The notes: generated by a model from the letters alone, not told the origin. A DNA stretch of 39,243 bases from Jimgerdemannia flammicorona (GCA_003990765.1 RBNJ01000147.1:1-39243); one strand, 5' to 3'; positions 1-10,800 are shown, numbered from the stretch's first letter. Numbers and translations are program-made.

Positions 1-421
1 CCACTTGGCTACAGAGGCTTGGGCTTCATGAGGAACTAAGGCTAGAAAGACTGCTGCTGGTTGTCCTAGGTCACTCGGATTTGTGGAGCTGACAAAACTC
101 TTGTTGAGAAGAGTAAAGAAGGCTTCAATAAGACCTTCTTCGTCTTGACTTGCTGGGTGTAGTGCAAGGAGTTCGGTGAATAGGGTTTCACCTATTTGCT
201 GGTTTAACTTGAGTACTTCTTTCTTTGAATGAAGTTTATCCCACTTGTTGCAGGTGTGGAGGTCAAATTGTCCTTGTACATCAGGTTCAATTCTCTCCAG
301 ATTGTTGGATTTTTCAGATAAATTCCAGTTCAGAGGTTGGGCTTTATACCAACTTGTAGGAATTTGCAGAAGGGTTTGTAGCAGGGTGAGGAAGCGTCTT
401 GAAGCGGAATTGGTTTGTAAA

Positions 422-433
422 CCACTGCTACCA
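422..433 (-). other. Primer-binding site, probably initiator tRNA-Met
   Basis: TGGTAGCAGTGG lies 3 nt after the LTR end. The four-copy consensus TGGTAGCAGCGG fits the ...GCTACCA 3' end typical of eukaryotic tRNA-iMet. Confidence 0.75.
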
Positions 434-919
434 AGTTGTAAGAGGGTTACTTTTTAGGGTGACTGTTATGTAGTTCTGGAAGGGTTTTCTAGATATTCTA
501 GATGTTCTGGAAGACCTTTTTCTTTATGGTCAAGATCAATTTCATATGGAGTACGTCCTCTACACTTATTGATTTCAAGATCAGGTTGATGTCTCAACCA
601 AAGTCCTTTTCTGGACTAGTTCTGGATGTTCAGGATTTTCCATATTTCAGGAGGTTCGAGAAACTAAGACCAGCTTAGTTGAATTGGTGTATCGCTGCAG
701 ACAATACCCAATTAGGAAATTTCATGATGGGGTTAGGAGTAGGACCTAACAGGAAGCAGATTTTACTTAAGAGTGGTTTGTGGGTTATAGAATAGGTTTA
801 TTTGCTATTCATGATATTGCTATACTAGGAGTATTTGTGTAAAGGGGTATTGTGGGGAAGTGCTCAGGAGTTGTGTTCGGATTGTTCAAGTCTGAGATTC
901 TGAGGTCTGGGGGAGGGGG

Positions 920-927
920 TATTTATA
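920..927 (-). promoter_or_regulatory. LTR TATA box (TATAAATA)
   Basis: GTATAAATACCC is conserved across family-1 LTRs (e.g. 7392, 24781, 33352). An AATAAA lies about 120 nt downstream (e.g. 7515..7520). Confidence 0.65.
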
Positions 928-1116
928 CTAGTGAGGGGCTATCTGGACTATGCTAGATATAGATGTAGCACTAAGTGCCTTGCTGAGTCGGAATGCAGTC
1001 ACGTAGTACAAGTGTGATCTGATATATCAAGAGATCATCTGACTGCTGAGTCAGTTCACAGTCACGTCATACAATACTAATCTAACTATACTATGACTGC
1101 TAGGCTATTTATGGGT

Positions 1117-2319
1117 TTAGGTGCTGTCTGGGTAGTCCTCGATGACATCACCATCAATTGCATCATCTCTGATGAAGTAGTTGTCTAGGAAGAGTGGTTC
1201 ACAGATTACTTCTCCTTGTTGGCTGAGGTAGTAATACATTGGGACTTCATCTCTGTCCCACAGAATAGCATCATCTGTCTCGTAGGCTGGATAAGGTGTT
1301 GGTGGGCGAAGGATGGGTGTATTGTCTTCGCTTTCGTTGGATTCACTGTCTGCATACCTTCTATAGGTTATGGCACTATGAGTTGCAGGATTGTAGTAAG
1401 CTGGCAGCTGTGGTTCATGTCGCTTGTACTCAGGTGGTGGAGTGGTTGGTTCGATCTTAAGGGTTGTCTGAAGGTACAGATTGTGTTCTCCAGTCTCTTC
1501 ATTGTAATTGAAGTAATCAGGGGTGAATGCGGGTTAGTATTCGTACCAGTGGTCATTGTCCCAATAAGTCTTGTATGCAGTTATGAACTGTTGCAAGTTC
1601 ATCGGCAAGTTTGGTAGTGTGATCAGGGTTGGCAGAGATCCTTGGCTAGAGGTCATATCAGCATCAGAGGGATCATTGTCTTCTGCTTTATCTTCGTCGA
1701 AGTAGATTATATCATAGACATCCTTTATGGTATATCCGACTTAAGGCATTTGCAGGATGTGGTCATCAGGGTGCAGGAAGGTTCTGTCTGTGGTTTCGAC
1801 ATACTCGAGGTACTTGTGGTTGAGTTCTTGTATCATGTCATCGATTTGGCCATAGGACAGGGTAGCAACCATTTCGCTGGTAGTGACTCGGAGGCAGGGA
1901 ATAAAGATATTGTACTCATAGAAGAGTTCTCGATGTTTGCAGGCAATGAGCTTCTGGTGTTGAGACATCTGGGTAATGTCTATATCATGGTGGTGTTTGA
2001 CCATGTCTTCCAGGAGGCAGCCGATCTGGTAGTAGCTTGAGATTTGTCCGATTTGGTGGGCCTCGCTAAGCATGTTCAGGGCATTCCATCGGGCTTCCAT
2101 AAAGTAGAGGGGTGCCAGGCTATGGATATTCATAAGGGGCAGAGGGGGTGTGGCTCGGTTGATAATGGCATTCCAAATGTCAGCATGGATATGGTTGTAG
2201 ATCTCAGTGGTCATGTTTGTGTGTTTGGAAGTTGTGATTGTTGTTTGTTTTGGTTCTTTGATTTGACGCATCTTGGTGCTCGGTATATATACATTTGGTC
2301 CTGATTGGTAAGATTCCAT
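1117..2319 (-). pseudogene. LTR(U3)-encoded ORF of unknown function, 365 aa from the ATG at 2214 (400 aa from 2319), with two premature TAA stops
   Basis: One frame reads MTTEIYNHIHADIWNAIINR...NYFIRDDAIDGDVIEDYPDST*. Both internal stops are CAA (Gln) in at least one other LTR copy. The 1098-nt length is identical in B's 5' LTR. Confidence 0.85.
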
Positions 2320-2502
2320 TTGTATAAATCTTGTGTTCTATGACTTTGTATTGACTCAGCTTTGTGCGCTGTGACTTCGGTTTGACTCAGCTTTGTGATC
2401 AAGCAGGTGATTTCCAGATTTGTTCAGAGGTCACGTGTAATTTTGGTGGCTTGTTCAGAGGGTGACGTGTACTTTCGGTGGCTTGGAGGTTGTGTGCTTA
2501 CA

Positions 2503-5500
2503 GGTCTGATGGTGGAGTCAGTGTGGCAGTTTCTATAGGGCTCTCATGATGGCTTTAAGTTGAGAAGGAAATGAGATTGGTTGATGGAGTACAACAATAT
2601 CAAGATGAGAAGTCAGGGCCATTTACTAGGTGGCATCCAGTTGGTGAGGATTTGGTTGGCACGAGGATTGACTGGATTCTGGTGGCAGAACACTGGGGTA
2701 ATGTTTTGGACTCAACAGAGGTATGGTGGTGTCCCTGGTCAGATCACTGGGGTGTAGAGGTGTGTGGGAGATTCTAGGCAGCCAGTGGTAGTAGAGGCAG
2801 ATGGCGACTTAATGTGGCACTACTCAAGAGACAGGTGGAGTGGGACCAGTTTGTTAAAATTGCAAGACAAGAAGTGGCATGGTGGAAGAACAGTGGCTAG
2901 TCAATAGCACAGTGGTGGGGGAAATTTAAACATCTGGTAGGTGCATATTGGCATGATATAGGAGAGGTAGCAGGAAGAGAGCAGAAGGATAGAGAGAGGA
3001 GAGTAGAGCAGGGGCTGCACTGGTGGCTGAGGCTTTTAGAGGGAGAGAACTCCTCAGGGGAATGATGCTCCCTATTGATCAAGGAGGTGGTGGAGTTGTG
3101 GTCAGATTTGAAGGCTGTGGAAGATAGGGTGGTGGATGGGTTGCTGGCAAGATTGCGAGCAAAGCAGTTGGAAGAAGGAGAGCGACCCACTAAATACTTG
3201 TCCAGAATCTTGAAGGCCAGGAGAGTGTGGCACAGCTGGGCTTTGGTGTTGTGAGAGGATGGAACTGAGGTAACTGATATCACGGATATGCTTGGAGAGG
3301 TTTCTGGTCGATGGTGCACCCTATGGCAGAATGATGGAGGGCTGGTGGAGGGAGAGGCAACACTGGAGGACAATAATAATTTGGTTGGCAGCTGGCCAGT
3401 GGTGGCAGAGCTGGCAATTGGTGGGGCAGTAATGGGTAGGGTGTCCCTTGAAGAAGTGTTGGAGGTTCTGAGGAAAGCATAGACTGGTTCATCACCAGGG
3501 GAGGATGGACTGCCTTGGGAGTTCTGGAAGGAGTTTCAAACTAAGCTTGGGGCATAGCTCATGGAAATGGCGAACTTTATGCTGGAGGAAGGCTGCTGGA
3601 TTAGCAATGGCTCCTTAGGGCTGGTCTCTCTGCTCTATAAGGAGAAAGGGGACAGACATGTGTGGCAGAACTGGAGACCCATCATGTTACTAAATGTAGA
3701 TAGGAAGTTGGTCTCCAAGATTCTGGTAGGGAGAATGCAACAATGGATTGGCTGATTGGTGGGTGATGAATAGCGAGGGTTTGTGAAGGAGAGATAGATT
3801 AGAGATAGTACAGCCTGGGTGCAAAATATTTTGGAAGGTTGTCAAAGCTAGCGAGTGGATGGAAGGATGGTGTTCTTGGACCAGGAAAAGGCTTATGATA
3901 GAGTGCAGTGGAACTACTTGGAGGCAGTTCTACGGAAGGCTGGGTTTGGTATGAGGGAGGCTCAAAAGCTGATGGGTCTGGTGCGAGGTTGCCAGGCTGC
4001 AGTGTTGATGAATGGGTGGAGTGGCCCGGAGTTCCTCTTAGGGCAAGGTGTGCCACAGGGGGATCCTCTCTCACCCCTGCTTTATATTTTATCTTTGGAG
4101 CCCTTGTTGGCATGGCTGAAGGGGAGGCTTACTAGATTGAAGATGGGGGATGTGGTCTGGAAGTTGGGGGCCTTTGCGGATAATATAGTAGTAGGGTTAG
4201 GCAGTGTGGAAGATGTGGTGAGCTTGCAGGAAGGGGTAGGACAGTATGAGATGCTGGCAGGAGCAAAGCTGAACTGGGGCAAGTGTGAGACTACGGAGCT
4301 TAGAGCTGGATTGGGGGAGCATGGACATTTTGGACAATTACTCTGGAGTCTGTACTACTCTCCCATCCAGCTCGTAACATCACTCACATTCCCTTACACC
4401 TTCTTCCACCATCTACCCTGTCCTGTACCTCAGCATGATGTTCCTCTACAGAAATTGCCACCATACCACCTAGAACTTGGGTGGGGCAATCTTGAGTAGC
4501 AAGGTCCCCCAACTCCAAACCTGACCCTACTCCCATTCTTCTCCAAACCCAGTCTTCTGCCAACCAACTGGCCATCTCTCAAGCAGATCCATCCAGATCC
4601 ACTCCATTGCCCCTGACAAAGAGTATTCCACCAACAGGCAGCCACCAATACAAATCACACCAAATTGCCACCATTGCCATTCTGGGTCCTCCTCTTCTTC
4701 ACCAGGTTCTGGGCCTGTGAGTCCCATTGCTAGCCAAGCTTCTATAATACCCCACCAGAATCCCCTATAGCACAACCTGCCAACCCTTCCAACCTGGAGC
4801 AAACCTCACATATCCTTCCAAACCTTGCTCTGGGGGCAGAACCTAACTTCCCAGTTGTCCATAGTCAGTTTGCTCCAACCCTCTCCTCCTAATTCTGCCA
4901 TTTGACAACCCCACCAGCCTCAAAGTACCTTCAGCCACCTTCTGAAGTCCACCAGCCCCAGACCTCCATCTGCCTTCAGTGTCACCATAATCTTCCAACT
5001 AATCTGTAATCTCCTTCCTTGCCACAGCCATCCTTCGACCACCTTCTTCAGTTTCTGTACTACCATCCTGAAAAGTCCAGGTGGTACCCCAAGTACCACA
5101 GCTTTGGTAGCCAATATACATTCAAAACTACAATCCTTCCAACCAAGGAGAAGCCCCTTCCAGACCAGCCCACCAAGGTATTCTCCCACTTCTGTATCAA
5201 TCCACACCACCACTCTTTCGGCAGCACCATCCTATAAACCGAGAACCAGATACCCAGATATTGAAATGCTTCCCCAGGACTAACCATGTTCTGGCAGCTT
5301 GTCCAGGGGTTGAAGGATTTTGGTGGACATTGGAAGGTTATTGGGGGGAAGAGAGTGAGCAGGCAGGGGGCCCCACTTGTCGGGTGATCAAGTATCGACT
5401 GGTGGGAGAAATTGGGGACATCTGGGGAGGCCTGGGTCAGATTATCGGCATCTGGGTACTGATGGCAGTACACTGGCGATGGGTGTTCTCTGGATGGGAA

Positions 5501-5683
5501 TTGGAGAATTGGTGGAGCAGTGGAAGGGGTTACTCTTGGAAGTGGTGCAAGAGTGGTGGTATCAGGGGAAGAGGCACCAGTTGGGAGCCATGAAGAAGGT
5601 GTTAGACATTGTTCAGAGAAGTTGAGAGTACCTTGTACTTGGTGAGAAGGGGGTGAGGTGGAAAGAAGATGTGGGCTGAATAG
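2503..5683 (+). pseudogene. LINE ORF2 (C-terminal end of APE endonuclease, reverse transcriptase, C-terminal CCHC), degenerate; about 4322..5266 inverted
   Basis: APE motif RIDWILV...SDHWGV. RT motifs PGEDGLPWEF, NWRPIMLLNVDRKLVSKIL, FLDQEKAYDRV, GVPQGDPLSPLLY and AFADNI. YLGIWF, GRIVVLN and GGLGL lie on the minus strand at about 4950..5270. Confidence 0.9.
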
Positions 5684-5802
5684 CCCTTCCTTGTATTATT
5701 ATAAATAGTTATGGGTTGGGTTCATTATTGTTCTAAGGTAATCATAGAGATACATGGATAGTGTTATTCTTTAGACTAGTGGAATAAAGGAGTCCAAGCG
5801 AC

Positions 5803-5838
<36 letters not shown>
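2503..5838 (+). mobile_element. L1/Tx1-like non-LTR retrotransposon (3' portion) with internal inversion, 3' UTR and poly(A) tail
   Basis: APE and RT motifs, AATAAA at 5783..5788, and an A33 tail at 5806..5838. The 5' part is displaced by the insertion of copy D. Confidence 0.9.
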
Positions 5839-5841
<3 letters not shown>

Positions 5842-5990
5842 CTTAAAAGTAAACTATAATTATATTTGCTCTTCTAAGATTTTCAAAAAAGTATTTACTA
5901 AGATATATAAGACTTTCAAGCTTTTTCTAAATTAGAATAAGATATCTTTTTAATAGACCAACTTAAGATCATATATAGTAGATCTATAAG
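5839..5990 (+). pseudogene. Fragment 1 of a decayed DDD-type (Sola-like) DNA transposase
   Basis: AT-rich. Translates as ...FQAFSKLE*DIFLIDQLKIIYSRSI and joins 23064 across the ATAAG TSD. Family assignment rests on fragment 3 and on recalled family motifs. Confidence 0.5.
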
Positions 5991-6393
5991 TATAAGAGGA
6001 TTGCTTTTTAGGGTAACTATTACATAGTTCTGGAAGGATTTTCTGGAAGTTCTAGATATTCTGGAAGACTGTTTTCTTATGGTCAAGATCAATTTCATAT
6101 GGAGTATGTCCTCTATGCTTATTGATTTTAAGATCAGGTTGATGTCTCAACCAAAGTCCTTTTTTGGACATTCAGGATTTTTCATATTTCAGGAAGTTCA
6201 ATAAACTAAGACCAGCTTAGTTGCATTGGTGTATCGCTGCAGACAATACCCAATTAGGAAATTTTGTGATGGGGTTAGGAGTGGGACCTAACGGGGAGTG
6301 GATTTACTTAAAAGTAGTTTGTGAGTTATTAAATAGGTTTATTCGCTATTTATGATATTGCTATACTAGGAGTAGTTGTGTAAAGGGATATTG
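5991..6393 (-). repeat. 3' LTR of copy B, distal part (split by copy C)
   Basis: Matches about 437..850 of the D LTR and resumes at 12755 after the TATTG duplication. Confidence 0.92.
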
Positions 6394-7878
6394 TGTAAGC
6401 ACACAACCTCCAAGCCACCAAAATCGCATGGCATCCTCAGAACTAATTTGGAAACCACATGCAAGACTACAAAACAAGAGATCATCTGGTTATATGAAAT
6501 ATGCCAGTAAGTATGAGAACCCACTACCAAGATACAAGAATACTAGAAGAAGTACTACAACCATAAGACTGACTCTGAACTGCTATAACTAGTTTGGTGT
6601 ACTGTACTATTACAAAAGAAAACCAAAAGTACCAAACTCAAATTGAGACAAAAAGAACCCTATCTCATTTACCAAAAGGTTCATGAACTGCACTTATCAA
6701 CTCAAAGATTAAGATACACTGTGACTATATAAGACCTCATTATTTAGCAGAAGCAAAAACATATTTGAATAACTCTGTTCACTCTATCTGTGTCACCTCT
6801 GTTGGAGAGTGACAGACACTTCATCTGAACTCAAGAAAGCTGACAATGTCGAAACCAATCTCAAGCCATCTACGTGACAGATATTACTACTAGAAATTGC
6901 CTCAGATTACAGAAAATATCATTTCCAAGAGGTTTGAACCCCCAGCCATGATATTGGAAGCCCTTGCTCTAGACGAGAATGGCCAGTCCTTGCAAATGCA
7001 CTAGCAGACCAAAAAAAAAAGAGAACCAAGACCTGTTATCTTTGTACAACCACCGCCACCAAGGATAGCCTTAATCTTACAAGAGATAGAAGTGACAATA
7101 TCTTGAAACTGATGATGTCAGAAGTCAGAAAACTGCTCAGACTTTGCTAGCAATGATGTCATCAATAGTGATGTCATCAAAGACTAACCAGACAGTACCT
7201 AAATCTATAAATAGTCTAGCAGTCATAGTATAGTTAGATTAGCCTTGTACGATATGACTGTGAACTGACTCAGCAGTCAGACGATCTCTTGACATGTCAG
7301 ATCACACTTGTACTACATGACTGCATTCTGACTCAATAAGGCACTTAGTGCTATATCCATATTTAGCATAGTCCAGATAGCCCCTCACTAGTATAAATAC
7401 CCCCTCCCCCAGATCTCAGAATCTCAGACTCGAATACACAAGAATATTCTTGAACACTTCTCCACAATATCTCTTTACACAACTACTTCTAGTATAGCAA
7501 TATCATGAATAGCAAATAAACCTATTTAATAACCCACAAACTACTCTTAAGTAAATCTGCTCCCTGTTAGGTCCCACTCCTAGCCCCATCATGAAATTTC
7601 CTAATTGGGTATTGTCTGCAGCGATATGCCAATTCAACTAAGCTGGTCTTAGTTTCTTGAACTTCCTGAAATACAGAAAATTCTGAACATTCAGAACTAG
7701 TCCGAAAAAGGACTTTGGTTGAGACGTCAACCCGATCTTGAAATCAATAAGCATAGAGGATATACTCCATATGAAATTGACCTTGACTATAAAAAAACGG
7801 TCTTCCAGAATATCCAGAACTTCCAGAAAACCCTTCCAGAACTATGTAATGGTTACCCTAAAAAGCAACCCTCTTACA
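6394..7878 (+). repeat. 5' LTR of copy C (1485 bp, short type)
   Basis: Direct repeat of 11272..12754. It shares only the first ~60 bp and last ~725 bp with the long LTR type. Confidence 0.93.
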
Positions 7879-10800
7879 ACTTGGTAGCAGCAGTTTACAA
7901 TCCCATTCTACTTCAAGATGCTTCCTCACCCCGCTACAAACCCTTCTGCGAATTCCTACAAGTTGGTATAAAGCCCAACCTCTGAACTGGAATTTATCCT
8001 AAACCATCTGACAATCTGGAGAGAATTGAACCTGATGTACAAGGACAATTTGACCTCCATACCTGCAACAAGTGAGACAAACTTCACTCAAAAGAAGAAG
8101 TACTCCAATTAAATCAGCAAATAGGTAAAGCCCTATTCACCGAACTCCTTGCTCTATACCCAGCAAGTCAAGATGAAGAAGGTCTTATAGAAGTCTTCTT
8201 TACTCTTCTCAACAAGAGTTTTGTCAGCTCTATAAATCCGAGTGACCTAGGACAACCAGCAGCAGTCTTTCTAGCCATAGTTCTGCATGAAGCTCAAGCC
8301 TCTGTATCCAAGTGGCTCAACTCTACTGACTTTCACCATACTAGGACTAAGACCACATTATACTACTGATTCCAGAATAGCAAGGCCTGCTATATTCTTA
8401 AAGAAGAAGCAAGAGAAACCCTTCATCAGCTATCTGACCCCAAACCAGAAGCAGGCCTAGCTACAGCTCTACCTGAATCTGAAACCAATACTGAACCAGA
8501 ACTTGACTTTGAATTAAGTCCATCTGAAATCAGATATACAACTGATTCTGTCTACTTTGACACCGAGCAAACCCAATTACACAGGGACCAAACCGAAGAG
8601 GAGGAGGAGTATCTCAGTGAATTCAATCCCGGATACACCACCAAAGGAGATACACCTCCATCAGGCCAGAACACACCTACACAACAACAAACAGTTATCT
8701 ATCAAGCCCTCACTCCAGACCCACAAATACTACTCCAGCAACTTACACAGACCCAAAGAACACCCTCACACTCTGCACCAGTACCTCAAGTAGTACCAGT
8801 AACACTATTACCAGTAGTCCAACCACCTCCAGTAAACAATATGGCAAACCAACAGATTCTAGACCTCATAGCCCAGGTAGCAATAATGGCAGCAACCATT
8901 ACAGCCCTAGCTGAACAGAACCAACCTACCAAAAATCTGAGCCTACCTACCTTCAATGGTACTGCACAAGAAGTCCAAAGCTTCATTAGTGTAGTTGACA
9001 CCAACTTTGAAGTCAATCAATGGACCAATGAGTGAGTTGCTGACCATGTTCTTACAAACAATCAAGACCACACTCTGGAACAACTCTTTGCTACCACTAC
9101 AGCCTATGTCTGCTGAGTTGTTACATTCTTCCGAGGACCTGCTGAAGAATGGTGGCAAACCCTTCCTGAAAAACCCCTCACATGGGACACCCGACCTGCA
9201 GTAGTTGCTCAGAATGCAGCAAACAATGCCCCAGGATATGGAGCTCATCCTGCAGCCCCTGGACTCAAACAACTCATGATTGCTCAATACCACAGTGAAA
9301 CTATGATTGCCAAATCTCGAGTAAAACTCTGTAACCTCAAATTCGATGTACATGGTAAAGAAGAATTCAAAACCTTCTGTACAAAACTCAAGTCACTCCT
9401 AAACACTGTTGGCCTAAGATATATTACCAATGATGAAGCATGAAATAGTACAAGAGCAGACCATTTATTCGATGCCCTATCTGAATGGCTTACTAGAAAA
9501 ATCCGGGAATAAGGGCACCCAGTTGGTTGTGATCACCAACAATAGTGCCTGGTAAGAATCAAGACTATGGTTAAGCGAATCCTAACAGCTGGACCAATTC
9601 TGCCCTGAAGACAATTCAACAACAAGGAAAAGACTTGGACCAAGAAAGAAGAACCCAAGCATGAAGCATCCCAAGCTCCCTCAACATCCACTTTATAGAC
9701 CCCTAGAAATCACAAGCCCACCCAGCCGAGTACCTTTAAGAAACTCACTGAAGGTGAAAGGAATGAACTTCAAAGAAGTGGAGCATACTTCTATTGCTGA
9801 AAGACAGGACACATGGCCAGTGCCTGTCCTAACCGAAAACCCCAAACAGCAACACGAGCAACTGTTACTACTCTGCACCACCTCAATAACCTGACCACCA
9901 GAACTCTAGACTTTGTCAAGTTAAAACAAACTGCCAAAGCCCCAACCAAAGGAAGTCAAAAGACAGCTGGATATGACCTGTATGCAGCTGAAGAAGCTAC
10001 AGTTTCCAACCGAGAAGTCAAGCAAGTCTATACAGGAATCAGTATCCAAATTCCTGAAGGACATGTTGGAAGAATATGCTGTCGCAGCAGCCTAGCATTG
10101 AAAGGACTCTCAGTAGAAGGAGGAGTTATTGACAAAGATTATACAGGTGAAATTATTGTCCTCATCCAAAACCACAGTTGGACACCCTTCAAGATCCCTA
10201 TAGGCTTCTGCATTACTCAGATCCTATTTGAAAAAATCGAGTCAAACCTGACAGTCAAAGAAGTCCCTGAACTACTACCCACCATCCAAGGATCCAAAGG
10301 ATTTGTCTCATCAAACAAGGCCCCAGCCCAACCTACCATGAACAAAGAAGAACAATTCTATAAGAAAATCGAAGATGGATATGTACCAAGTGGCTGATGT
10401 CTCCATGGCATTGAAATGTACTCTTCTCGAATAATTGATGATTGCTTCTCTTGTGTCAATGAACTGGCTCAAAGAAGAACCAATAGAAGGAAAGCTCCTA
10501 TAACCGAAATCACTACCATTGGATCAAACAAACTGCTTACACTTAAGGCTTTTGTCAACCGAGCACTTGTCAAGATTATGATAGACAGTGGTGCCTCAGG
10601 CAACTTCATCAATGAAGAAACAGCCAACAGACTTAAGGTCTTCACCTCTCCGGTATAACAAACTCAAGCAGTTGCCACAGCTGATGGAACCTCACATGTC
10701 ATTAGCAAAGAAGTCCACAATCTGCCCTTCCAAATTGATGACTATCGAGTACATGTTACCCTCCAGATTGTACTGCTCTCTGACAACAAAATCATCCTTG

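Larger units (their letters stand above)
1..2502 (-). mobile_element. Ty3/Gypsy chromovirus family 1, copy D (5' LTR, PBS and start of internal region; truncated by window edge), inserted into a LINE
   Basis: On the minus strand it starts TGTAAGCACACAACC at 2502, the LTR ends ...CCCTCTTACA at 437, and the PBS follows. It is colinear with copies A, B and C. The flank from 2503 is LINE ORF2. Confidence 0.93.
437..2502 (-). repeat. 5' LTR of copy D (2066 bp, long type)
   Basis: TGTAAG...CTTACA termini; matches the LTRs at 20995..23058, 23243..25281 and 31777..33844. Confidence 0.93.

Noticed and set aside
1216-2304. Hydrophobic plus-strand ORFs (1216..1617, 1642..2040, 2044..2304) as env-like or membrane proteins
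   Set aside because: They are antisense shadows of the U3 ORF. Their boundaries vary between LTR copies and the hydrophobicity reflects the T/G-rich strand.
2897-4282. Minus-strand ORFs over the LINE (2897..3373, 3799..4113 and others)
   Set aside because: Pro/Ser-rich shadows of the G-rich ORF2 strand with no recognisable motifs.
7803-7841. TTCCAGAA repeats as heat-shock elements
   Set aside because: Only two-unit matches with the wrong spacing for a third unit, located downstream of the TATA box within the putative coding frame.
9813-10397. Stand-alone host or phage dUTPase gene
   Set aside because: It is in frame with Gag and protease, its Met lies inside the zinc knuckle, and its TGA is CAA in copy A (likely ancestral CGA).
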